From Mytilus edulis (taxonomy: Eukaryota), in contig NC_092349.1 in NCBI RefSeq assembly GCF_963676685.1, positions 33,728,001-33,792,000 on the forward strand: a DNA stretch of 64,000 nt, in the 5' to 3' direction. Of this stretch, positions 13,483 to 24,714 are shown in pieces; within the stretch, counting starts at the first letter, position 1, and every line of letters starts with the position of its first letter. The position numbers and the translations under genes were made by a program. The notes beneath the pieces are model-generated. The model saw nothing but the letters and a program-made list of their open reading frames with translations. It was not told where the DNA came from and did not search any database.

Positions 13483-14454
13483 TGTCACGTACCGGGGGAA
13501 CGCAACTGCGTTACTCTGGGTTTCGTACCAGAGTCGTTTCTCTGGATACAGTCAAGGCTCAAGAATTGGTAGCGTTATTTTATCAACTGAATATTCGGAT
13601 TCTCTTTCTATTGATGCTGGGCGTCAAAATTAAGTAGGCTTTGGTATCAGACGAATAAAGCCAAGGATGATAATTATATTGACATCCCGGTATAATGCTT
13701 TATTTAATATCTGGATATACTTTTGCTTAGCCAGTGCTTTCTAAAAGCAACGAATTATTAATTATATACTGAGCCAGTGCTTTACTTGAAGCCACTGCTT
13801 TATATCTACTTTATTTGGGCCAGTGCGTGTGTTGGACTGTTTAATTGGTCTGAGTTACTTCTTTGCTCTTATTCAATGCTTCCCCGTCTGGAAATGCTTT
13901 ACCTTGTATACCGCCAATGCTTCTCTCTGAAGCCACTGCTTCTTCAGCAGCTATACTTAATTAATCACTTGGCTCCTTATTCAGGACCACTGCTTATAAT
14001 TCTAATTCAGAACTATAGATTAATCTCACCTTTCTTCTGTCTCTTCTTAACAATTCAACTGCTCAGCTTGAATTCCAAACCCAGAACAAACTGAACTGTG
14101 AAAACCTTGGTATATATAGTAAATTGTAGACTCGTCCATACAATAGACTATTCCAAAAACGACTTTATCACTAAAACGTTTTACAACACCTAATCATATA
14201 TGATATAACAAAGCACTATTGTGACGGTTATATACTTTGTAACAACTGATCATGATCGTGGGAATTCCGGATTTGTAGGTCAATTCCTGACCCCAAAACA
14301 TTTACTACTCACCCAGTAAAATGTAAACAAATCAAAAGTGAAAGTAAAACAATGTGTAAATAAATGAAGGGAATGAATGATATTTCTTTCTGTTGGACTT
14401 TACAATTGAATTATAAAATAAGCAAGAACCAGGTAAGTTTGCAAATTCATCACA
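13483..14454 (-). repeat. 3' LTR
   Basis: TGTCACGTACC ... TTCATCACA. About 98% identical by eye to the other LTR. Confidence 0.95.
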
Positions 14455-14470
14455 TTACCCACGCCTCTAA
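14455..14470 (-). promoter_or_regulatory. Polypurine tract (imperfect)
   Basis: - strand TAGAGGCGTGGGTAA directly before the 3' LTR. Confidence 0.6.
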
Positions 14471-15272
14471 GAAATGCGTCCCGGCATTTAACAAAATCAA
14501 TTGAGCACGTCTACACCAAGTGGACATTTTTCAGTCCCAAACTCTATCCGGGTATTGCCTCGAGCCATGTCATTCAAAAACCACAATTCTAAATATCATT
14601 AAACAACTGTTACTTCTTCAGTAACTTATCACTTAAACAACTGTTACTTATTCAGTAACTAACCACTAGAACAACTCGTAGATGTATAATCTACCCGACA
14701 TGACAAGATTCCCACTCAACTGTTTACTATTACTTAACATGGGCATCAACTTTAGAAGTTAACTTTATCCTAAGAACCCTTAAATCTGTATTTCAAATAT
14801 GCATGCTGACAGATTTTTGAACAAGTTATTTTGACCATGAAAACCAACAAGCCAAATAGTACATTTGAAAACCACCGAAAACATCACAAAGCCAAAACAT
14901 GGTATGAAATAATTTTGCCTAACAACCGGCCACTTATGGACCACTCAAAGAGCTTGTTGAAAGGGACCTTTTACGTGGACCTCGGATTTAACGTCCCCAT
15001 CCGACGGACATCATTATTATATATAATGTATACAAAGAAACAAGGCATTATATATCAACAACAAAACACACAAGTTTTCATAATTCTTGGAAATCTTTTT
15101 CCTTCAACAAGTAACAAAATATCTGTATTGTCTGTTCTTCACGAACCTTCACTTGTATATAAATCACACTATAAAGCTATCATAGTACGTATCTCGTCGT
15201 ACTGATCACTGAATAATTCTTTCAAGCCTACCTGGCTATGGTATTTGTATGCTTATTATTTCAAATGTCACT

Positions 15273-16053
15273 TCATCTTTTCCAGATTTCAGTTTCCTCT
15301 ACATCTTTTCCGTTTTCCTTGTATCTTCTAACCACTCTTCTTTCAACCAGCATCAATCCAGAGGTAGCTACTGGCCTGACAACCTGTGCTGGTACAAGGC
15401 TTGGGATGGTTCCAGTCGTAGTTGTCGTAACAGTTCTTAAGTCCATAGGCGGGGACGAGAACAACGGTGGTGATGGGTTTGACACGGAACTGTCATCTGA
15501 ATCAGTATCCATTATTCTCGGTATTAGAAACGAGCTTGACACAGGAGGTACCACTATAGTTGCAGTTGTGGTTTGTAACCTAGGCAATGCAAATCTCTTG
15601 GCTAATGGCTGTGGCCCTAACGAACTCTTTAGGGTATCTAGTAGTCTCTTCTTTGAAGAATTAGCCACCGGTATAGGAGACGTGCTCTTCCTGACTACTC
15701 TGCCTTTGATTAGTGATCCTGTAACCATCACTGATGTACCTGTTGTGCTTTTCGTGGATTTTGTAGGTTCTCCAAGGACATCCGATAGGGTGCCTGGATT
15801 TTGTTTCTCCCATTCACTATCGGTATCATCAATGGTTGACAAGGAGGCTGCATGTCTCCTCCTCTGGTGCCTCGTAAAATCACTCTCTCTGCTTGTTGCA
15901 TACGGACACCAATCACATAAGTACTCTTCTTCTGAAGACCTTTTCTTTGCACATCCTTTAACATGACCCTCCAATTCCTTCTCTGTTTGGAACCGTATTT
16001 TGGCAAACAGGGCACCTCCATCTTTCCCGTGGTGTCTTCTTTGTATTAGCCAT
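15273..16053 (-). pseudogene. Accessory ORF3 of the Gypsy element: C2HC + C2H2 zinc-finger protein with Ser/Thr/Pro-rich tail (~259 aa), one +1 frameshift near 15980
   Basis: ATG at 16053 gives MANTKKTPRERWRCPVCQNTVPNRE and continues ELEGHVKGC..YLCDWCPYATSRESDFTRHQRRRH (ORF 15273-15974). The span is 781 nt = 3n+1. Acceptor ttctcttatattacag lies directly before the ATG. Confidence 0.8.
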
Positions 16054-16124
16054 CTGTAATATAAGAGAACTCATTGTAAATATATACATGTATATACAAA
16101 ATTAAGTGTTATGTACAGTTATAC

Positions 16125-16660
16125 TTTCTATAAAATTGAGAATGAAAATGGGGAATGTGTCAAAGAGACAACAACCCGTCCAAATAAAAAACAACAGCAG
16201 AGGGTCACCAACAGTCTTCAATGTAGCGAGAAATTCCCGCACCCGGAGGCGTCCTTCAGCTGGCCCCTAAACAAATATATACTAGTCCAGTGATAATGAA
16301 CGCCATACTAATTTCCAAATGGTACACAAGAAACTAAAATTAAAATAATACAAGACTAACAAAGGCCAGAGGCTCCTGACTTGGGACAGGCGCAAAAATG
16401 CGGCGGGGTTAAACATGTTTGTGAGATCTCAACCCTCCCCCTATACCTCTAACCAATGTAGAAAAGTAAACGCATAACAATACGCACATTAAAATTCAGT
16501 TCAAGAGAAGTCCGAGTCTGATGTCAGAAGATGTAACTAAAGAAAATAAACAAAATGACAATAATACATAAATAACAACAGACTACTAGCAGTTAACTGA
16601 CATGCCAGCTCCAGACTTCAATTAAACTGACTGAAAGATTATGAACATCAGGCACTCGTT
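16125..16660. repeat. Dispersed repeat (Penelope-type tail) inserted between pol and ORF3
   Basis: Nearly the same sequence at 31610-32150 and 52415-52750. Shares the GACTTGGGACAGGC..GGCGGGGTT.AACATGTT block with 5385-5430. Confidence 0.8.
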
Positions 16661-16698
16661 TCATTCATTCATCATTTTTATTTATATTTTCTTTTACT

Positions 16699-19600
16699 TT
16701 AATCTTGAACATAATCATTTAACCAAGTGGGAGGCTTCCTTTCCCTTCTTAATCTTGGTAAATTAATGTGTTCGTCTTGTTCAATGGTCTCATATCTATT
16801 CTCAAAATCAAATTCAATTGGGGCACTTTCGTCAACAACTTGGGCTTGATCGTTCATTTCGGATACCTGATTTGACGGCTCGAGCCCTTGTAAACGCTCA
16901 CCTAATAATGGTTCACCTAACAACCGTTGATCCTTGCATCGTCTCATGCGATCAACATGAATCACTTGTGGTCGGCCCTTTCGGCCACAATATACTAGAT
17001 AGGTTACATCTGAGTATTGTTTTAGCACTTTAAAGGGACCCCGCCAATAACTTGTAAACTTAGGGGATTGGCCAAGCTTACGTACAGGAAAGAAAACAAA
17101 CACTTTATCATTTTTATTAAATTTATTCCAACTTAAATGTTTGTCATGATATTGCTTCTGTCGAAGCATTTCTCTGTTAACATGATTCTGTACAAACTGG
17201 TGGGCGTCTTCTATTCTTTCCTGTAACTCCAATACCCACTTGTTAGCTGGAATAGACTTCACTTCCCTTGGGAGTTCGTACATAATATCTACAGGAGTAG
17301 CTACTTCTCTTCCCATCATAATACGGTTCGGAGTGCTGCCGGTTGTTTCGTGTACAGATGTTCTGTAAGCCATCATCACATAAGGTAGAAGCTGATCCCA
17401 GTTTGTTTGATGTTCGTCCACGTACGCACTTAGCATTTTTACTAGAGTACTGTTGAACCTCTCAACCATACCATCGGATTGTGGGTGATATGGTGTTGTA
17501 CGGGTTTTGCTGATTTGTAGGAGGTTACACATTTCAGAGAAAAGCTCACTCTCAAACTGCGTTCCTTGATCTGAATGAATCAATGTAGGTACCCCGAATC
17601 TGCAAATAATTTCTGTTACTATGATATTTAGAACCGTTGATGCTTCCATGTTCTCCATGGGAAAGCTTTCTGTTCATTTTGTATAGTAATCAGCTGTCAC
17701 CAGTATGTATTTATTGTCGTTGGCGGTTTTTGGCAACTCGCCCAAAATGTCGACGGCTATCCTTTCCATAGGAAAGCCTGACCTTTGAATCTGCATTGGC
17801 GCTCTCTTTCGTTTTTGTAGGCCTTTCCTTCTTACACAGGTCTCACATCCTGTTATGTAGGCCACCACATCACGACGCATTCCAGGCCAATAAAACCTGT
17901 CTTTTAATCTTCCTAATGTTTTTCTTATCCCGAGATGTCCCGATGTCTTATTGCCATGGCATTGCTGTAAAATGACGCGCCTTTCTTTAATGGGTACGAT
18001 GACGCGTAGTTTGCCTCCCGTGCATTGCTCTTTGCACAATAAACCGTTATCAACTTTCAATGTTTCGTATTGCGACCATAAACTCTTAACTGCATAATTA
18101 CATTCCCCAATTTCTTTGAAAAGCGGTTTCTTGCCATTTATTACCCAAGTCTTTATCAAGGATATGTTTTCATCTTCTTGTTGTAGCACCAACAGCGTCT
18201 TATTTTCATCACTCCCATCATTTATACAGATAGCTATATAGCTGCTTCAGTCACCTCTATAGGGGGTGCTTGTGTAACAACATTAACACGTACTAGTTTC
18301 TTCTCCCAGTCTTGTTCGAAGCCACATTGTTTACATGGCATTCTGCTAAGGGCATCAGCATTTCTGTGTTGATTTCCAGGTCGGTGCTTAATTTTCATGT
18401 TATACGAACTAAGGACTTCCAGCCACCTCGCAAGCTGTCCTTCTGCGTTCTTAAAATTCATTAACCACTGCAGAGAGCTATGGTCGGTTCTGACAACAAA
18501 CGTTCTTCCATACAGAAAATGCCTAAAATGCTTAACAAAATGAACTACGGCGAGTAACTCTTTTCGTGTTACGCAATATTTACGCTCGGTCTTCGAAAGT
18601 GTACGGCTACCATAAGCAATAACCGTTTCTTTTCCGTCTATTTCCTGGGACAGGACTGCTCCAATTGCAGACTGACTTGCGTCTGTATCGAGTATAAAAG
18701 GTCTCGAAAAATCTGGATGTGACAGTTATTGCGCTTCGAGGAGCTTGGATCTCTGAAACGCATCTTGACACTTCTCAGTCCACAAGTATTCGCGACCCTT
18801 TTCCGTTAATTTGTGCAAACATTTTGCAATGCCTGCAAAATTTCCAATGTATCTCCTATAATATCCGCACAGGCCGAGAAAAGAGCGCAACTCGCTTATA
18901 TCTTTCGGTTCTGACCATTGCTTAATAACCTCCACTTTTTGTGGATCCGTTGCTACACCATCCTCACTTATTACATGTCCAAGGAAGGACACTGATTTTG
19001 CAAACAACGAACACTTTTTGAGTTTTAACTTTAACCCGGCGTCAATCAATCTATCAAAAACCTGTCTCTTCAAAATTTCTGCCAACTACAATAATGTCAT
19101 CCAAATATACTAAGCAAATGTTCCACTGTAGTCCAGCCATAAGTCTTTCCATTAACCGCTCAAATGTTGCCGGAGCACAGGCGACCCCAAACGGCATTTT
19201 ACGAAATTGGAAAAGTTCCAGCCGTGTCGCGAACGCAATTTTAGGGCGGTCACTCTCTTCTACCTCTACCTGCCAATAACCTGAGCAAAGGTCTAAAGTT
19301 GAGAACCACTTGTTGCCAGCTAGCTGCTCCAATGAATCGTCTATTCGAGGTAACGGATACGCGTCTTTTACCGTAAGGTCATTGAGTCGACGATAATCGA
19401 CACAGAAGCGAGTCGATCCGTCCTTCTTTTTCACAAGTACGATCCCTGATGACCAAGGCCCTTCAGACGGCTCGATCACGCCTCGTTCTAACATATTGTC
19501 AATATGTTTGTCAATTTCGTCGCGCATGGCTACCGGTGTCCGCCGAGGTGGTTGTTTGACAGGATAATTTGTTCCGATGTTGATGCGATGACGTACAATA

Positions 19601-19704
19601 CTAGTACATCCGAGATCGTTATCAGACAGCGCAAAAAGCGACTTGTATTGCTGCAAACAGTTAGTAACTTGATGTCTCTGCTTCTCAGTCAAATGGGAAC
19701 TTGC
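16699..19704 (-). pseudogene. pol: pol: reverse transcriptase, RNase H, integrase (frameshifts and stops)
   Basis: RFCVDYRRLN, YPLPRID, LDLCSGYWQ, MPFG, YLDD. RNase H TDAS..IGAVL and RTDH. Integrase H..GHLG..C..C, SDQG.QFES, YHPQSDGMVERFN and WRGPF. Confidence 0.95.
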
Positions 19705-21762
19705 TTAATTGACCAGCTTCTGCAGTTCGTTGTCAAGTTTTGGATTTTTGTGTTCTTTACTGGTGTTTCCAGTCATGGTGATGACATCTTTTACTGGGCT
19801 TATTTCTCCAACAATGGTTCCGGCTCGTATTGTTGTAACATTATTTGAAACATTTAGCAATCTAATTGGCACATGTTCTCGTGCTTCAACTAGGGTCTTT
19901 GCCAGTAAAGCGTTGTCCCTTTTTACAGACCTCTCGCATGGCTCAATAATGCCTATCTGTAGTTTACTGGTTAACGTATCATAGTCATTAATCCTACCAC
20001 GTGAAAAAGCTTCTGTTCCTGGTGGTATACTGATATCCTCTAAGGCTGAAATTCTGTAACAGCCTATTTTTCCAGAAAACGCCATAGGATATGTGTTACT
20101 TTTGCATTGAAGGGTTTCTTGTTGTAAATCTATTTTGCAATTATTCTTTTTCATAAAATCTAAACCCAGTATCCCGTCAATAGATATGTCGGCAACCAAA
20201 GCTTCAACTATAAACTTGTCTTGTCCAATCTCTATACAGAACATTCCCTTACCAGCTATGCTTAGCTCTGTTCCATTTGCCGAAATAATGACTTGGGTTA
20301 TTGGTTCAAGTTCCGGTCGTTCCTTTTTCTGTATTCTGTAAAACAAAGCGTGCGAAACTAAAGTTACTATGGCACCAGTGTCTATTAAAAACTTGATAAG
20401 CTGGTTATGAACGGCGACGTCAATGTACGCACCAGCTTCCATGTTTGAAGCATCTGCTCCCACGTTAATTTTTCTTCTTTCCATCCTCCTGTGCCGACTG
20501 TTGTAGTGTAAAGGCCGCACTGCTCCGTTTCCTCTACCATTGTTTCCATTGTAAGGCTTCTTAGGAGCTCTACATTCATTTCTAAAATGTCCAAATCTTC
20601 CACAATTGTAGCACTGTATCTTGTCTTTCCGTCCAGGCATATGAGTATCAGAGTCTTTCCTTGTCATATCGCTTTTAAAATTATCAAGGTCCTTTTGGAG
20701 GGATTCAATTTTTGTTGAAAAGTCATCCATCATTTTTGCCATTTTATCGTAAGACTCATTTGGTTCTGTGCATGTGGCGCGCAAATGACCTCTGCCAGTG
20801 TCGTATTTTCTTTCAGCCTTGTAAAAAGCTTCTAATTCTACGGCAAGACATATTGTTTGATTGAGGTTTTCCGGCCTAGATTGTTTTATCCTTATTCTCA
20901 TCTGTGAATCCACAAGAGAATCTAAAAATTGTTCCCTTGCTAAAGTTTCTTTAACCTCGCTTGGTGCGTTGGGATAAGCCTTGTTTACCAATCTTCTTAT
21001 GGCCTGACCAAGCTCCGGCAAACTTTCACTTGCTTTTTGTCTTCTTTCTTTTAATTGTACTCGGTACAACTCAGTCTGGTTTGGAGGCGAAAATCTTTCT
21101 TGCAATGCCTTTATTAAGGTATTATAATCCATTCTTTTCTCAGTAGGTAGATCACTAAACACTCCCTGTGCTTGTCCTCTTAAAGCTGTTGCAAAGTACA
21201 GACCCTTCTCTTGGTCATCCCAGTTGTTGATCACCGCACAGGCATCAAAATGTGACTTAAAATCGCTCCATTCACTCGTTCCATCATAGTTGGCAAGCTT
21301 AATTTCGCGCCGTGTCTTCCCGTGGCTAGGTTTGTCAGCGGAATTAGTGTTGCGGACTTGCTTGTTTTGGCGTAATTCTTCCCTCAGTATCGGTGATACA
21401 TCTGGCATCGGCATTGCTTCGGTTCCTGTTTCTTTCTTTGTGGTGTGTGTCTTCTGCGTTGTCTGTTCTTTTGGCCGCGCTCCTTTATAGTCCGTCTTTA
21501 TAGTGGTAAATGGCCCATATAAACGTGGCACTTCGGGTGTTGGAACATTCCGATCTGTACCGACACTGGCACGCTGCGTATTTTGCATGAAATCGCCGTG
21601 ACGCGTTTGAATTATACCAGAGTCACTTAAACCTTTTACTGGGATTTTTGGGGTAGAATGTAAATTTGCACTTGGTCCCTGGCTCATTACAGTCTGCATT
21701 CTATCGCTTGATTCTTCTTCTAACAAACTTATTTGCTGCTCTAACTCATTATACTTGTCCAT
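19705..21762 (-). CDS. gag: gag-protease (N-terminal part of a single gag-pol frame; in-frame stop at 19705-19707)
   Basis: 685 aa. Capsid-like RRQKASESL, zinc knuckle CYNCGRFGHFRNEC, aspartic protease FLIDTGA..GILGLDF. The RT frame continues in phase after the TAA. Confidence 0.93.
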   Translation of the reverse strand: MDKYNELEQQISLLEEESSDRMQTVMSQGPSANLHSTPKIPVKGLSDSGIIQTRHGDFMQNTQRASVGTDRNVPTPEVPRLYGPFTTIKTDYKGARPKEQTTQKTHTTKKETGTEAMPMPDVSPILREELRQNKQVRNTNSADKPSHGKTRREIKLANYDGTSEWSDFKSHFDACAVINNWDDQEKGLYFATALRGQAQGVFSDLPTEKRMDYNTLIKALQERFSPPNQTELYRVQLKERRQKASESLPELGQAIRRLVNKAYPNAPSEVKETLAREQFLDSLVDSQMRIRIKQSRPENLNQTICLAVELEAFYKAERKYDTGRGHLRATCTEPNESYDKMAKMMDDFSTKIESLQKDLDNFKSDMTRKDSDTHMPGRKDKIQCYNCGRFGHFRNECRAPKKPYNGNNGRGNGAVRPLHYNSRHRRMERRKINVGADASNMEAGAYIDVAVHNQLIKFLIDTGAIVTLVSHALFYRIQKKERPELEPITQVIISANGTELSIAGKGMFCIEIGQDKFIVEALVADISIDGILGLDFMKKNNCKIDLQQETLQCKSNTYPMAFSGKIGCYRISALEDISIPPGTEAFSRGRINDYDTLTSKLQIGIIEPCERSVKRDNALLAKTLVEAREHVPIRLLNVSNNVTTIRAGTIVGEISPVKDVITMTGNTSKEHKNPKLDNELQKLVN

Positions 21763-21802
21763 TTTTAATATTTTATTTAAAATATATCCAGAGCCTTGCT
21801 GT

Positions 21803-21820
21803 ATCCCACCGCTGCCACCA
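21803..21820 (-). promoter_or_regulatory. Primer-binding site complementary to tRNA-Leu 3' end
   Basis: - strand TGGTGGCAGCGGTGGGAT. The + strand ATCCCACCGCTGCCACCA equals the 3' end (with CCA) of metazoan tRNA-Leu(AAG/TAG type) as recalled. It lies 7 nt from the LTR. Confidence 0.85.
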
Positions 21821-22449
21821 CAAACTGTGTCACGTACCGGGGTTACGCAACTGCGTTACTCTGGGTTTCGTACCAGAGTCGTTTCTCTGCATACTGTCAA
21901 GGCTCAAAAATTGGTAGCGTTATTTTATCAACTGAATATTCGGATTCTCTTTATATTGATGCTGGGCGTCAAAATTAAGTAGGCTTAGGTATCAGACGAA
22001 TAATGCCAATGATGATAATTATATTGACATCCCGGTATAATGCTTTATTTAATATCTGGATATACTTTTGCTTAGCCAGTGCTTTCTAAAAGCAACGAAT
22101 TATTAATTATATACTAAGCCAGTGCTTTACTTGAAGCCAGTGCTTTACTTGAAGCCATTGCTTTATATCTATTTTATTTGGGCCAGTGCGTGTGTTGGAC
22201 TGTTTAATTGGTCTGAGGGTACTTCTTTGCTCTTATTCAATGCTTCCCCGTCTGGAAATGCTTTACCTTGTATACCGCCAATGCTTCTCTCTGAAGCCAC
22301 TGCTTCTTCAGCAGCTATACTTAATTAATCACTTGGCTCCTTATTCAGGACCACTGCTTATAATTCTTATTCAGAACTATAGATTAATCTCACCTTTCTT
22401 CTGTCTCTTGTTAACAATTCAACTGCTCAGCTTGAATTCCAAACCCAGA

Positions 22450-22482
22450 ACAAACTGAACTGTGAATACCTTGGTATATATA
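22450..22482 (-). promoter_or_regulatory. Candidate LTR core promoter (TATA plus TCAGTT initiator)
   Basis: - strand TATATATA (22475-22482) followed about 20-25 nt later by TCAGTT (22453-22458). The same arrangement is present in the other LTR. Confidence 0.45.
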
Positions 22483-22683
22483 GTAAATTGTAGACTCGTC
22501 CATACAATAGACTATTCCAAAAACGACTTTATCACTAAAACGTTTTACAACACCTAATCATATATGATATAACAAAGCACTATTGTGACGGTTATATACT
22601 TTGTAACAACTGATCATGATCGTGGAAATTCCGGATTTGTAGGTCAATTCCTGACCACAAAACATTTACTACTCATCCAGTAA

Positions 22684-24210
22684 CAGTTGGACGGCAAACG
22701 TTTTAATGGCTTCTAAGGTCAAGACATTGGTCACGTGATAAAAGGTCGGAGTTTACGATTTTTTGGTAAACGTGCATGCCTCGTGGTTTTTGGACTCGTA
22801 TTGACTTATTTGTACACGTACATTAATAAAACCAAAGTGGTCAATTCTAGATTGAATTAGCTTCCTTATTTTATATAATTATTATTAAAAAGTGTTGTTA
22901 AAATGTTATAAATTCACGAGTGAAGAGTAACTTTTTTTCTGAAAATTAGCGTAGGTCCACGGAAAATCCTTAATTATACCTTAAATAGTTTTGGTAACGT
23001 GTTGAGGGGTATAAAATATGAAGTAAAACCAGGACTAAGCCACTGGACTATATGTAAAGTATTCCCTTACTAATCCTTATAGGAGCTGCTGTATACTTAG
23101 AAAAAATGATGTTGAGGACTTGGCCCCATCAATCAGCATTTTAGACATTACATTATTGTCAATTGCAATCTGCTCTATTTGTTCCAACCTATAATGAGTA
23201 TCAAAATTTATACCTAGGGTGGAAATTAAACCCATGTATGTTCATTTACTCTATTGTTCTTTGTGTACATAAAATGTACATGTATATGAAATATATCAAA
23301 TGCAAAAAAAAAAAAATTTGCTGTAATGTAAATATGGTAATTTGTAAACATCATTACACCCTCATTATTTAAAGTCCTAGTAAAGGAAGTCCTTGCACCT
23401 AGCTAGACGTGTTTCTTAGGCAAGATGTCTTATATAACAATTGAAAGTATAACACGATAAAGGTTGCAAGTATATAGTAACATCAACGTGCACACTATCA
23501 AACATAAACAATCTACCACGTGTTTGTCTGCTGTGCTTGAATTCAAAACGACCCATCAGGCTTATTTACACGGTTTTTTGCTAAAGCAGACAGTTAAATA
23601 TGTCTGTTTACCTTATGAGGTCTGTTAAGAATGGATTTGCTGTTATGACTTGTGAATTGCATGGAAATTTAATGAAGAAACCATTGATTTTTACCGTAAC
23701 TTTTGAATACACAACATTCTCAAGGTATCCCCGCAAAACACATGGCTACTTTGTAACGATGGCTGGTAACTTGTAGCCACTTTCTAACGGTAAATGTGAT
23801 TGGATGATCTTCAAAGATCAATAATAAAATTGCTAATAAATGATTGGATACGAAATTGTGTCAGATTATAAATAGAGGGAAAAATGTAAACATTGAAATC
23901 CGCCATTTTGACGTAGGAAACAAACTAATTTTCAATCTTGGATTAAAGGACATTGCGCACATTGCCAGCGTATCATACATAACCAGTCATCTGCAAATAT
24001 ATCTTTCAATTAGTTTTTTACACTTACTTTTCTATGTTTTAGTTAATTTAATGTTTTAATTTACTACAGAACGGGACATCGTTCTCAAAGATGCCGTAGA
24101 AAAAAATATAGGGGGCGCTGTTTGTGGGCGTAAACATTTTACATACGGGTCCTTTTTGTGTCGACAAGTTGACCTTTGTCTGTCAGATTCAGGCGTTTGC
24201 CGTCCAACTG
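22684..24210. mobile_element. 1527-bp non-autonomous TIR DNA transposon in the 5' LTR, superfamily unassigned
   Basis: Perfect 17-bp TIR CAGTTGGACGGCAAACG. 4-bp TSD GTAA (22680-22683 and 24211-24214). The empty site is visible in the 3' LTR. Confidence 0.92.
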
Positions 24211-24349
24211 GTAAAATGTAAACAAATCAAAAGTGAAAGTAAAACAATGTGTAAATAAATGAAGGGAATGAATGATATTTCTTTCTGTTGGACTTTACAA
24301 TTGGATTATAAAATAAGCAAGAACCAGGTAAGTTTGCAAATTCATCACA

Positions 24350-24465
24350 AGTTTTTCATCTATAATTTCTTGGCATAGGATGCAATTTGCCCAATCAATA
24401 TTATTTGATTTATTCGGTTTGTCATATTCTACACTTAATACCCTGAATGTCTTTCCAGTAGCCAT
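24350..24465 (-). pseudogene. N-terminus of the Academ-type transposase
   Basis: MATGKTFRVLSVEYDKPNKSNNIDWANCILCQEIIDEK. Joins in frame to LICPFDSKR (left of 13479) once the Gypsy and one TSD copy are removed. Confidence 0.85.
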
Positions 24466-24523
24466 GTTGTATAAAGAACTATGAGCATAAATTGGTTCAT
24501 ATATTCCTCGTGGATAACTTGTG

Positions 24524-24572
24524 TATGCCAGACGCGTGTTTCGTCTACAAATGACGTATCAGTGACGCTTGA
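24524..24572 (-). ncRNA. Degenerate hammerhead motif (core CTGATAC)
   Basis: - strand GCGTCA-CTGATAC-GTCATTTGTAGAC-GAAA-CACGCG-TC-TGGCAT. The core is mutated, so probably inactive. Confidence 0.55.
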
Positions 24573-24714
24573 ATCGAAAAAGTCAACAAGACAAACAAAA
24601 TGTATGTAATTCAAGATTTGATGACCTGAAATCCTGAAATTTTCACATAGCGCAAATATTTGTTGATTGTTAATAGCTTTCTAGATATACATGATATAGT
24701 GTTTGAAAAAAAGA

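Larger units (their letters stand above)
13483..24349 (-). mobile_element. Full-length Ty3/Gypsy LTR retrotransposon
   Basis: Two ~972-bp TG...CA LTRs, 4-bp TSD AGTT (13479-13482 and 24350-24353), PBS, PPT and gag-PR-RT-RH-IN order. Confidence 0.97.
21828..24349 (-). repeat. 5' LTR, interrupted at 22684-24210
   Basis: 21828-22683 plus 24215-24349 match 13483-14454. Carries an extra 18-bp duplication GCCAGTGCTTTACTTGAA. Confidence 0.95.

Noticed and set aside
13430-14094. Short ORFs duplicated at 21755-22458
   Set aside because: Incidental frames within the two LTRs.
15238-15966. 242-aa + strand ORF
   Set aside because: Antisense shadow of zinc-finger ORF3; no recognisable motif of its own.
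21803-21820. tRNA-Leu-like sequence
   Set aside because: Only the 18-nt 3' end including CCA is present; it is the PBS, not a tRNA gene.
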